From assembly GCA_025558095.1 (NCBI GenBank), contig JAIVFI010000026.1:124001-188000 (forward strand): a stretch of DNA of 64,000 nt. Direction: 5' to 3'. Position numbers and translations under genes: made by a program. This document shows, piece by piece, positions 55,301-64,000 of this stretch. The notes under the pieces were generated by a model. The model saw nothing but the letters and a program-made list of their open reading frames with translations. It was not told where the DNA came from and ran no database searches. Source of the DNA: Hyaloraphidium curvatum SAG 235-1. Lineage: Eukaryota; Fungi; Monoblepharomycota. The first letter of the stretch is position 1. Each line of letters starts with the position of its first letter.

Positions 55301-56356
55301 ATGGCGCGATTGGCCCTCCTCCTCGCGTTTCTCGCCGTCGCGGCGTCGCTCCCTCCCCCTGCGTCCGCCGCCCCCACGCTGGCCGGCTACGTCTACGCGG
55401 ACTCCAAGTCCCGTGTCGGCGCGTACCAGCCGGGTGCGCGGTGGAACTGGAACTCGGCCGGCGGCGCCAACACCGTCAACCGCACCTCGGCCGGCCGGTA
55501 CACCGTGCGGTTCCCCGGCTTGGGCGCAGGGGCCTTCCGCGGCGCCGTGATGGTCACCGCCTACGGTTCCGTCCACCGGTGGTGCAAGGCGGCCGGCTAC
55601 TCATTCTCCGCGGGCGACGCCGTGCTCCGGGTGGCCTGCGGCGACGCGGCAAACTACCCCAAGGATGCCGAGTTCACGGCCAGCTTCAGCAACGGCGACG
55701 GCGCCGCGGCGGGCTACGCGCACGTATATGCCGACAGGCCGTCGATGATGACCTATACGCCTGCTGTGCAGAAGGTGCCGACCGCGCTGAAGGCCTACAT
55801 CGTGCGGACCGCCCCCGGCCGCTACACCGTCTCGCTCCCAGGCTTCTCCCCCGGCGGCCAGACCGGCACCGTCAAGGTCACCGCGGTGGGCGGCGGAAAC
55901 GCCCTTTGCCGCACCCTGGGCTGGGGCGGCGCGCTGCTGCAGGTCACCGTCGCGTGCCACAGCGGCGGCGTCGCCGTCGACTCGGCCTTTTCCTTGGTCT
56001 ACGCCTACCGCAGGGCCATTACGGGCGTGCCGTCGGGTATGCGGTTCGCCTACGCCCTCGCGGACAAGCTCTCCACCCCCTCCTACACGCCGACGGCGGC
56101 GTACCAGTTCAACTCGGCGACCAACCTGGCCACCACCAACACCGTGCAGCGGCTCGGCGTGGGGCGGTACCGCCTCACCCACGGGCTCGTTGCGCCGGCG
56201 GGGGCCAAGATCGGCGTGCCGCACGTGTCGGCGCACGGGTCGGGCACGGACAGGTGCCAGATTTTCGTCTACTCGCCCGGGTCGGTGGACGTTTGGTGCT
56301 TCACGAGGGACGGGGTGCCGGTGGACGCCAGGTTCACGCTGCAGTTCGCCCTCTGA
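55301..56356 (+). CDS. Secreted protein with three ~100-aa beta-rich repeats, bacterial-like
   Basis: Intronless. Signal peptide MARLALLLAFLAVAA. Each repeat contains YVYAD..Y.P..NS....N.V.R...GRY.V...G....V.A.G....C......V.C.......D..F. Confidence 0.8.
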   Translation: MARLALLLAFLAVAASLPPPASAAPTLAGYVYADSKSRVGAYQPGARWNWNSAGGANTVNRTSAGRYTVRFPGLGAGAFRGAVMVTAYGSVHRWCKAAGYSFSAGDAVLRVACGDAANYPKDAEFTASFSNGDGAAAGYAHVYADRPSMMTYTPAVQKVPTALKAYIVRTAPGRYTVSLPGFSPGGQTGTVKVTAVGGGNALCRTLGWGGALLQVTVACHSGGVAVDSAFSLVYAYRRAITGVPSGMRFAYALADKLSTPSYTPTAAYQFNSATNLATTNTVQRLGVGRYRLTHGLVAPAGAKIGVPHVSAHGSGTDRCQIFVYSPGSVDVWCFTRDGVPVDARFTLQFAL

Positions 56357-56558
56357 TTGCGGGCGTTGGAAGAAAAAGGCTTTGTCGATTCAGTGTTGTG
56401 GAATTGAGGTTGTTTCGGTTCCACTTCGCGGCGACCAGCTTCTGCTCTCGTTGACGAGGAGCTGTTCCCGGACGGGACCAACATCTCGGCCCGTGCGATC
56501 CGAACAAAGGGTATCTTCGGCTCCCGCACTCAGCGCGCTCTCCGACATCGCGCTTGAT

Positions 56559-57169
56559 TCAGAGGTCCAGCTCCAGCTCGTCGTCCGAGTCGTCCGCCCT
56601 CCGCCGCGCGTAGACGATCTTCTTCTCCTCTGCGCCCCCGGACATGCCCTCCAGCATACCGATCAGATCCTTCTCCGATACCCGCCCGCGAAGCTGGCCC
56701 GAGCGCGCGAGGTTGAGGAGGTGGGATTCCAGCGCGGCGGCCTTGTCGGGCTGTCGGAGGCGAGTCAGAGACCCGAACACGAACGCGACGGCCAAAAGGA
56801 GGCACCTTGGCGATTGCAACACGTCCCACTGATGTCCGCAACAAGCAATTGCGGGTATGTAGGGCGGAACGCGTGAGATTGGGCCCAGTTGGGCGACCCA
56901 GGGAACTCACGCCGCTCCCTGGCCTGCGGATCCAAGATCTGGCTCAGCATCGCCCTCCTCGCCTCATCCTGACTGTTTTCCCGTCAATTACCATGAACTT
57001 TGGTTGATTTCGGGCGGCCCACGGACCTCCGCTTCTCCTCGTCGTCGCCGGATTTCGCTGTCGAGAACCCCGGCGGCAGCTTCGGCGCGGCGCCGCCCGA
57101 GCCGCCCGAGGCGCCGCGCAGCTCGGCAAGGCGCTTAGCGCGGAGCGCGGCGAGATCATCGTCGTCCAT
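56559..57169 (-). CDS. PDCD5: Programmed cell death 5 / Sdd2-like protein
   Basis: MDDDDLAALRAKRLAEL, MLSQILDPQARERL, GRVAIAK/PDKAAALESHLLNLARSGQLRGRVSEKDLIGML, IVYARRR..DSDD. Three introns. Confidence 0.9.
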
Positions 57170-57502
57170 CGCGGCCGAATGGAGCAGGAGAGAGCCCCGC
57201 GAAGGTGCCGACGTGTGGGCTGCAATCCCTTCGCCTGCTCCAAGCTCCTCAACCTGTCTGCTAGAGCACAGAGGGAGAGCCTAGGACCGCTTCGCACCGG
57301 GCGTCGAGGCGCTCCGTAGGCCGGCAAGGTCGGGCCGTGGTGCAGCCGGGCGTAAATCGCCGCGGTTCCACCGTTTTCGGCCGCCTTCGCCGGCGGGCTC
57401 CCTCCCTACGCAACCTCCCTCTGCCCCTCTCCACGGGCTCCTAGTGCCCCCGATACCCCATCTTTCCCACCTATATCCTTCTCTCTGTGTTTTGCTACCA
57501 AA

Positions 57503-58005
57503 ATGTCGGGAACGGGCATCGCAATCAAGTTCTGCTCGGAGTGCAACAACCTGCTCTACCCGAAGGAGGAAAAGGCACGCTTGCCCCCGCCACTCGCTCC
57601 CTTTCCCTCTGATCTTTGTTCCCCCTTCCAGTCGGAAGACGGCGACTCCTACCTCGCCTACTCCTGCCGGCACTGCTCCCACTCGGAGCCCGGCGACCCC
57701 GCCGTCCCCATCCACCGCGCGCTGGTCGCGCAGCAGGCCGCCGAGGCGACGCTGGTCATGACGGACCTGGCGAGCGACCCGACGCTGCCGCGGACGACGC
57801 TGGAAGAGTGCGGCAAATGCCACGGGTACGACGCGGTGTTCTTCTTGTCGGGGGCGAGGAAGAAGGGGGACTCGGACATGCGCCTGTACTATGCCTGTGG
57901 GTTCCGTGCCGGGCGCGCTGCTTCGGTGCCTCACTGACGGTGGGCCTCGCAGGCGCGAACAAGTCCTGCGGGAATCGCTGGGTCAAGACCGTGGACGGCG
58001 CTTGA
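57503..58005 (+). CDS. RPB9: RNA polymerase II subunit RPB9
   Basis: IKFCSECNNLLYPKE, YSCRHCSH, DLASDPTLPRT, CGKCHGYDAVFF, MRLYYAC/CGNRW. Introns 57575-57631 (GC-AG) and ~57897-57952. Confidence 0.92.
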
Positions 58006-58087
58006 TGGGCGGCTTCCGCTGCGGGACGTTGCGAGCGGCAAATGTATTGCCAGTTGATTCGTAATCCGTACCGCGGCGCTATCCATC

Positions 58088-59323
58088 TCAAATCCAGTCC
58101 GGGTATTCCACGGAGAGCTTTCCGTCCGGCGAGAGCGCCTCCAAGGCTTCCGCAAACTCCGCCGACCACAACGGTTCCTCCGGAATCCTGATCTTCACCA
58201 GCGTCGCGCGCAAAAGATAAACCAAGCGGAAGAGCGTCTCGATATTGCTGATCTCGGCGTTTCCGATTTTGAGCACCTCCAGTTTTGGGCAGACGTCCGC
58301 GATCTGCGGGAGGGTCTCGTCGTTGATCCCACCCGCAAAGTCAATGTAGAGGCGCCTCAGATTCGGGCACGGCTGCCGTATGAGCGACCAGAGGCCGTCC
58401 CAGGTGGCACCGGAAAGCTTGACGTCTTCCAGGGTAGGTGTGGATTGTGCCAAGGTCGGAATCACCGGATCCTGCAGGACAATTTGAGTCCGTGCATCTC
58501 CAAGTGGGTCCGAGGCACCTACCAAATCATCAATGAACTGTAAGCCGACCGATCGCAGCTGATGGTTGCCGCCCAAAACAGCGGTCACCGACGTGTCCGA
58601 GACGCTTTCTAGCCCATCCAGCTTCAAAAACTCCAAGCACCGGCTCGCGATGCTCCCGACAGCAGCATCTGTCAGATCCTGGCAATATGAAAGGTCCAAC
58701 CCCACGAGTTGGTCGTACTTGGCCACCGCAGGGCGGACAGCTAGGTCCGAGAGCTCGTGGCACGAAATGAGCTCCATAATCTTCAGGCTGCGCACGCGCT
58801 CGGCTATCCCCATCAAGTGACTATCTGAAAGCCCAGCTACTAGTGATCGTTGATCCTCGAGGTCAATCGTGAGCTTTTGAAGGGACGGAGGGGCCGAATC
58901 CGCAGTTGCTTCGAAAGCAGACGTGTCCGGCCCGACGCGACGCAACACAAGGCTTTTTACTGCGTCCGATCGCCGCAAGAACTTGGCCAAGTCGTCCCTC
59001 GCAACCCTGGTCCCATCAAGCTTGAGGCTCAAAAAGCCCTGACCGCTCGCAGCTCGAATCAGGGGCCCGAAATCCAAAGGTCGCTCTCGGTTGAGCTCCG
59101 CGAGCTCCATGTGCTTCGGATTCGTCGCGGCCAAGGTCGCGGCGGCCGCCTCCAGGTACCGCTCGTCCATCCCGGACACGGCGCGGAAGACGAAGCTGCG
59201 AACGTGGCCCAGGACTACCTCACGCCGCCAAGGTACCCGTCGAATGCTCTCCAAGGCCGCTAAGACGAGCTTGTGCGGTCCGCCGCCACCGATGAGCAGG
59301 CAGCTCCACACGCGGGGCGGCAA
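58088..59323 (-). CDS. LRR (RNI-like) protein, paralog of 53403-55025; 5' end unclear, possibly truncated
   Basis: LKIMELISCHELSD, LVGLDLSYCQDLTD, LEFLKLDGL. Intron 58472-58522 lies at the equivalent position to the paralog's intron. In-frame TAA just upstream of the TTG, and no clear initiator ATG. Confidence 0.65.
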   Translation of the reverse strand: MPPRVWSCLLIGGGGPHKLVLAALESIRRVPWRREVVLGHVRSFVFRAVSGMDERYLEAAAATLAATNPKHMELAELNRERPLDFGPLIRAASGQGFLSLKLDGTRVARDDLAKFLRRSDAVKSLVLRRVGPDTSAFEATADSAPPSLQKLTIDLEDQRSLVAGLSDSHLMGIAERVRSLKIMELISCHELSDLAVRPAVAKYDQLVGLDLSYCQDLTDAAVGSIASRCLEFLKLDGLESVSDTSVTAVLGGNHQLRSVGLQFIDDLVGASDPLGDARTQIVLQDPVIPTLAQSTPTLEDVKLSGATWDGLWSLIRQPCPNLRRLYIDFAGGINDETLPQIADVCPKLEVLKIGNAEISNIETLFRLVYLLRATLVKIRIPEEPLWSAEFAEALEALSPDGKLSVEYPDWI

Positions 59324-59381
59324 TTGTTAAAGTGTTGCTGCTCCTAGAGCCCTCTGTCGCCCGAGACGCACGGCGGAAGTG

Positions 59382-60732
59382 ATGGAAGATGACTCGATTG
59401 ATCGCTGACGGTGCGCCGCCTCGTCGGACCCGAAGGCTTCCTTGCTCCGAGAATACGACAAGCTCCCCTCCTGCAATCAGAGACCCTTTTGACCAGCTTC
59501 TGTACTCGGCGGGACGCAGTGACGCCCACGTGGGACAATTTCCGGCTCGACGACTTCGTGGACTTCATCTCGGGCCAGTTCATCTCCTTCGCGCGCTCAG
59601 TCACAGACGTGCTCAATGCACCGGCAAGCGGACCTCGATTGGTGACCCGCGCTATGGAGAATTCGACGCAGAGCGCCGCCGAGGCAGCCGAGGCCGCCAG
59701 GTACCACTGTTTGGCCCTCTCGCACCCGCACGAGCTGCCGGAGGACCTGTTGTTCCTGGGCCGGTTCTTCCCGCGCGATTTCGGCGGCCGGATCCCAGAG
59801 GAGGGGGACACCATGCCGCTGGTGGGCAGGATGTTCCTGCAGCTCTTCCTTCGGCACTACCCTGCGCTGCGCAAGCTGGTTCTGGCCTACTCCGATCCGG
59901 GCCGTCTAGAAGCCTGGGGCGTCCGCCCAGTGTCCGGCAACGGCAAGAAGGCGGTCACGCCGGCCGTGGATCCTGGCGGCGTCAACTCGAAGCTGTTCGG
60001 CAGATTCATGACGTGCTTCAGCTTCTTCCTGACCAGCATGGCCCTCAACTCGTCGCACCACTGGCGTACCGTTTGGGGGATGATCCGGACTTTCTCGATG
60101 CCTGGGCGTGCTTCCCGCTGACCCTGCCCGCTCTCGTCAACCTGCCCAAGACCGACTGGACCTCGTCACGGGACGTCGAGGCCGTCGGGGTGGCCGCCGG
60201 AGACCTTGAAACCGCCCTTTGCGGGATCTCGGCCGTGCTCTGCTTCAACTCCAAGCCCTGGAGATCCGCATCTTCCCTGAGGCGCTTCGACAATCCAGAT
60301 CCCACCGCACCCCGGATCTTGTTGATGAATGCGGACGGGCCCGTTTCCGGCGTGAACAGGCTGACGACCGCGGCGTTCACGATCCGTTCCAAGGCTTCGG
60401 AATCTGTGCCCATTCGGTCGTTTCACCACGTGGAAATGATGGGAGGATTTGCGGATGACATGATGTCTCACCTGACTGGCAGCTACGCACAGGAGCACGG
60501 GAGCAGGATGAAGGACCGCGAGAGCTACATCCGGATTGGCGACGACTGCGACGGGTGCGGCAAGGAGGCTGTGGCCGGGGAGAAGCTGCGCAAGTGCTCG
60601 CGATGCAAGGTCGCGCACTACTGTTCGGCCGAGTGCCAGGTCGCGGCGTGGAAGCGGAAGGAGGGGGGACACAAGGCGGACTGCTTCGTCAACGGTCAAT
60701 CGGATGCGGGGGAGCTAGCCCGGGGAGAATGA
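59382..60732 (+). pseudogene. MYND zinc-finger protein, frameshifted
   Basis: C-terminal CDGC...KLRKCSRCKVAHYCSAECQVAAWK..GHKADC. The upstream coding frame (59411-60080) switches at the G-run near 60075, and the 5' end is also disrupted. Confidence 0.75.
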
Positions 60733-60770
60733 ATAGATTGCACTGCCTGTAGAATCACGAATCCCACCTG
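60664..60770 (+). repeat. Left arm of ~105-bp imperfect inverted repeat (MYND gene 3' end and UTR)
   Basis: CACAAGGCGGACTGCTTCGTCAACGGTCAATCGGATGCGGGGGAGCTAGCCCGGGGAGAATGAATAGA is almost exactly the reverse complement of 62623-62725. Confidence 0.9.
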
Positions 60771-60888
60771 CCGGAGCAAGGCAAGCTCGCTGGGAGACAG
60801 TCCCTTGGCCGCCCCAAACAGCCAAACAGCAGGGAGTCCGGCTACTGGGGTCGACTGCCATTGCCTCTCTCGGATAGATTTTCCTTCA

Positions 60889-62427
60889 ATGGAATCGGTC
60901 GAAGGCACCGCGGTGGCGGAGGGCGCCCCGGCGGCCCGCGCCCCGACTCGCCTCGCCGAAATCGACGAACTCGTTGCTCACATCCTCGGTTATCTCGTCG
61001 GCGACAAGCCGCGGCACATCCTGACTGCGATGCTCGCGTGCCGGGCCTTCTTCCGGCTGGGCGCGCCGTTCCTGTACCGCGACGTGCGCCTGTTTGGGCG
61101 TGCCGGAGCCAAAGGACGCGCCCTTCTCGAGACGCCCCCGCCGCTGTCGACGCACCTCGCCGGCAAGCCGCCCTCGCAATTCGTGCGGAGCCTCCTCGTG
61201 GCACCTGGGATGCCCCCGCCGTTGGATGTCCTCACTGAAGTGGCCCCGCGCCTTTCGCGCCTCGAGCTTATGCTGCCTTCGCGGCAGTACGAGGAGGCAG
61301 CCTGGCCCATCATACGCGGTGCAAATACCTTGCGCAAGCTCTCATTGGAATGGCGCGAGCCGCCGGCGAGCATGCCGGACGGCGACCGGGCCCTGCCGGA
61401 GAACCTGCGCGAGATCGACCTTTTCATACGGCACATGTGTCGTCTCGAGCCGTTTCTTGCCGCCATGGCTGCCCTCCCCGAGCTCCGCAAGTGGACCCTC
61501 ATCTCGCCCCCGTGGACCAGCGCGAAGCCTCTGTACCTCGAAAATCCCGCGCTGCTCGCGAAATGCGCCGACCTCACGCTGACCCATTTTGCGCTCTACT
61601 CGATGCTCAGCGAGCTCGGCCCGTCGCACCCCTTCCGGCCGGTCAAGCTGACCATCTATTGCCCCCCGAGTCACCCCGCCTGGCCGGCCTCGAGCAGCCC
61701 CGGGCCAGACCTGCCCCACTCCCTCGAAACCATCCGCGTTGACATGATCTCCCGTGCTTCCCCGCCCTGGCCCCTGTACGAGCGCATCGCCGCGCTCCCC
61801 AACGTGCGCGAGCTCATCTTCGTGCCCCCGGCGGAATGCCCCTACTCGGACGTGCTCGCGCGCCTTCCCGCGCTCGCGCCGGCCGTCAAGGTGGTCCGCG
61901 CGGAGGCAGACGACCTGCACCGGCTCGCCGCGGTGCCCGGCCTGCGGCCCAGGACGCTGATCGTCGCTCCGCCGGCCGCCGCCGTCGACGAAGGGCTCCT
62001 CTCGCGCGCGTGGGGGGCGATCTCGGCCTGGCCCGTCGACCACGCCGCGTTCCGACACGGCTTCCCGACGTCGCTCTTGGCCTCGGCCGCCCTCCCGAGA
62101 TCCGTCAGGCACATTGCCATCGAAGCTCCGCGCTTCGACGCCGGTTCCTCGGCCTTTCCCCGCATCCGTGCGGCGCTCTCGGGCGTGCGCGCGATCGATG
62201 TGGTAGTAGAGAAACCGACCGACGGGAGCACGCTGAACGAGACGGAGAAGGAGGAGCGGGCGCTATGGAAGACGATGCTGAACGTAAGGTGGAGGGAGGT
62301 GCCGACGGAGTGCGCGCAAGGGCACCACCATCACCATGGGCATCATCACCACGGGCATCATCATCATCAACAGCCGCAGCAGGGGGGGCAGCAGCAGCAG
62401 CAGGCGGGGCCTGGGGCGGACGGGTGA
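60889..62427 (+). CDS. F-box-like/degenerate LRR protein with His/Gln-rich tail
   Basis: Intronless. RLAEIDELVAHILGYL...AMLACRAFFRLGAPFLYRDVRL is a fungal F-box-like start. Tail GHHHHHGHHHHGHHHHQQPQQGGQQQQQ. Confidence 0.75.
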   Translation: MESVEGTAVAEGAPAARAPTRLAEIDELVAHILGYLVGDKPRHILTAMLACRAFFRLGAPFLYRDVRLFGRAGAKGRALLETPPPLSTHLAGKPPSQFVRSLLVAPGMPPPLDVLTEVAPRLSRLELMLPSRQYEEAAWPIIRGANTLRKLSLEWREPPASMPDGDRALPENLREIDLFIRHMCRLEPFLAAMAALPELRKWTLISPPWTSAKPLYLENPALLAKCADLTLTHFALYSMLSELGPSHPFRPVKLTIYCPPSHPAWPASSSPGPDLPHSLETIRVDMISRASPPWPLYERIAALPNVRELIFVPPAECPYSDVLARLPALAPAVKVVRAEADDLHRLAAVPGLRPRTLIVAPPAAAVDEGLLSRAWGAISAWPVDHAAFRHGFPTSLLASAALPRSVRHIAIEAPRFDAGSSAFPRIRAALSGVRAIDVVVEKPTDGSTLNETEKEERALWKTMLNVRWREVPTECAQGHHHHHGHHHHGHHHHQQPQQGGQQQQQAGPGADG

Positions 62428-62622
62428 CGCGGGGCGTGGAGTAGGGCTTGGGGGCTGGTTCTATCAAGAGACGGCACTTGTCTTCACGTTAGCAGAACAG
62501 TAGTATGGATCGTATGAGGACGAGTCGAGTTCCTTCTGGTATGGATCCGATTGCTTCGGTTCCTCGAAATGGAGGCGCGGAAGAAAGGGGGCGGCTGCTC
62601 TGGCGAATCTTGGGACAAGCCC

Positions 62623-62725
62623 CAGGTCGGATTCGCGATTCTCCGGTGCATTCTATTCATTCTCCCCGCGCCAGCTCCCCCGCATCCGATTGGCCGTTGA
62701 CGAAGCAGTCCGCCTTGTGCCCTCC
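62623..62725 (-). repeat. Right arm of inverted repeat (orphan MYND 3' end)
   Basis: Minus strand reads GGHKADCFVNGQSDAGELARGE*, the same peptide as the end of the MYND gene at 60732. Confidence 0.9.
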
Positions 62726-63140
62726 GGCCGCGCGTCCGCCGCGTTCCAGCGCGTTTTTCGGGCCACGGCGTCGCTGCTTGATCCGACCGCGGAGGACGAC
62801 GTCGACTGGCTGTTCCGCCACGGCGCCGTGCCGCGGGGCCGGGCGGCGGAAGGGGAGGGCGCTCGCGCGGCGCTGGAGATCTTCCGCGCGGGATGAGCAG
62901 GTCCCCATCCATCCCCTTTGCGTGCCCCGATGCCTCCCGCGCGCTCTTCCTGCCGCTGATCGAGAACCCCAATCAGTGGTCGGAACACTGCACCTCGATC
63001 CGGCAGCGCACGGGGACCTCCCCGGGGGAAATCCTCCTGGCGGCCTCCGCCAAGCTCTCCGAGGAGGTGGCGCGCTGCGGCTGGTGGACGCCCGAGGGGC
63101 GAGATCGCGCGCGCACGGACATCGAGAGTTCAGGGGATCG
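62726..63140 (+). pseudogene. Gene remnant abutting the inverted MYND fragment
   Basis: Coding-like text (AAFQRVFRATASLLDPTAEDDVDWLFRHG; RALFLPLIENPNQWSEHC...RCGWWTPEG) broken by a stop and frameshift at ~62895, with no start. Confidence 0.45.
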
Positions 63141-63499
63141 TGCTGACCTCGCTGCTGCCCGAGTTGACGGCCGCGGCGAACGTCCCGGTGCCCGAGCGGA
63201 TGACGGCGATGGGGAGCATCCCCGGGGTGCGACAGGTGCGGGGCCGAGGTGGACAGGCTGCTGGGCTGCATTGCTGGTTGCCAGAAGGCGGCGTGGCCGA
63301 CCACAGGGCGGTCTGCAGCGAGTGGTCGTGATGGGGTCGCGGACAATGCCCTGTCGGATTCGGGAGCAATCGTACCTGAAGAACGAGAATCTATTCGTGA
63401 ACTGGGTTTCCCGGCTCCGACAGTTCCCTCGAACTCGCAGTCCCAAAGCCGGTCTAAATTCGCTTGCTCACCAGCAGGGGTTGGATCCCAGCCGGTGCA

Positions 63500-64000
63500 T
63501 CACGGAGGCGAAAACCCGGCCACCGAAAGGTTGTAGCTGAAGATGGCCCCCCACTCGACCTCTTGCCGCACTACCGTCCCGCTGCTCAAGGCAATATCCG
63601 CCATGTAGCGAGCCGCCGCCCCGTACAGCACCCCGCCCGGCCCCTGCATAAGGGCGACCCTGGGCTCCCACGCCTCGTCTTTCCGGAAGTTATGCAGGAT
63701 GGTGACGCTTCCGGCCGTCGTGACGCGGAACAAGAAACCCCCGTTGTTCGCCCCGCCGATCTGCGAAACCCCGTACAGCGCCCCATCCCAGCCGACGGTG
63801 AGCTGCACCGGCACGCTGGCGGCTTGGACGTTCGTGGCGATGATGGCCACCTTCGACACGTGACCGGAACCGATGTCGTACTTCCAGACGACGACTTCGT
63901 TGAGGAATTCGTACGACCCATCCCCGTATTGGAAGATGCGCCATATGCCGGTTCCGTAGAGGGCGCAATCCGGCCCGGACACGATGCCGCCGTCGCTGTA
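63500..64000 (-). CDS. 3' end of a bacterial-type beta-propeller repeat protein (GloVer-like), running off the window
   Basis: Repeats GPDCALYGT, GWDGALYGVSQIGGANNGGFLFRVTTAGSVTILHNF and LMQGPGGVLYG. Stop at 63500. Confidence 0.7.
   Translation of the reverse strand, partial: YSDGGIVSGPDCALYGTGIWRIFQYGDGSYEFLNEVVVWKYDIGSGHVSKVAIIATNVQAASVPVQLTVGWDGALYGVSQIGGANNGGFLFRVTTAGSVTILHNFRKDEAWEPRVALMQGPGGVLYGAAARYMADIALSSGTVVRQEVEWGAIFSYNLSVAGFSPP

Noticed and set aside
1-64000. Hundreds of long overlapping Arg/Pro/Gly/Ala-rich ORFs (e.g. 7817-10480 +, 36617-38899 +, 2166-4004 +, 17720-19888 +)
   Set aside because: These are shadow frames of real genes. Stops are rare at ~70% GC and the translations have no motifs.
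1-64000. Prokaryotic origin, operons, CRISPR array, rRNA/tRNA or an autonomous transposon
   Set aside because: Spliceosomal introns and RPB9/PDCD5 show a eukaryote. I saw no regular repeat-spacer array, tRNA cloverleaf, rRNA, transposase, reverse transcriptase or integrase motif by eye.

Overview
This is ~70% GC eukaryotic genomic DNA, not a prokaryote or phage. Many genes are split by short (~50-150 nt) spliceosomal introns with GT/GC donors, CTGAC-type branch sites and YAG acceptors, so the ORF track fragments most real genes and also lists many spurious GC-driven ORFs. Gene content (RPB9, PDCD5, Trf4-like nucleotidyltransferase, F-box/LRR, MYND, fungal-type MFS, AKR, FATP) suggests an early-diverging fungus such as a chytrid or monoblepharid (inference). 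I can reconstruct about 30 genes or pseudogenes. The top candidate for an undescribed system is a secreted multi-exon enzyme at 21504-25600. It carries an N-terminal domain with LPMO-like histidine-brace hallmarks that does not resemble a classical AA family, followed by two copies of a divergent CBM2-like module flanking a GH5_7-type mannanase. Other highlights: (1) a decaying secreted gene family with a bacterial choice-of-anchor-R-like domain, present as three dispersed copies plus a fragment; (2) an intronless glycosylation trio; (3) a TauD/2OG-oxygenase/MFS cluster; (4) a carboxylesterase with three knottin-like repeats; (5) several bacterial-looking intronless genes; (6) an F-box/MYND birth-and-death zone with inverted gene-end duplications; (7) two GC-AG introns; (8) block-wise C-rich/G-rich skew inside coding regions. 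Exon boundaries were assigned by eye, and family names come from motif recognition, not database searches.
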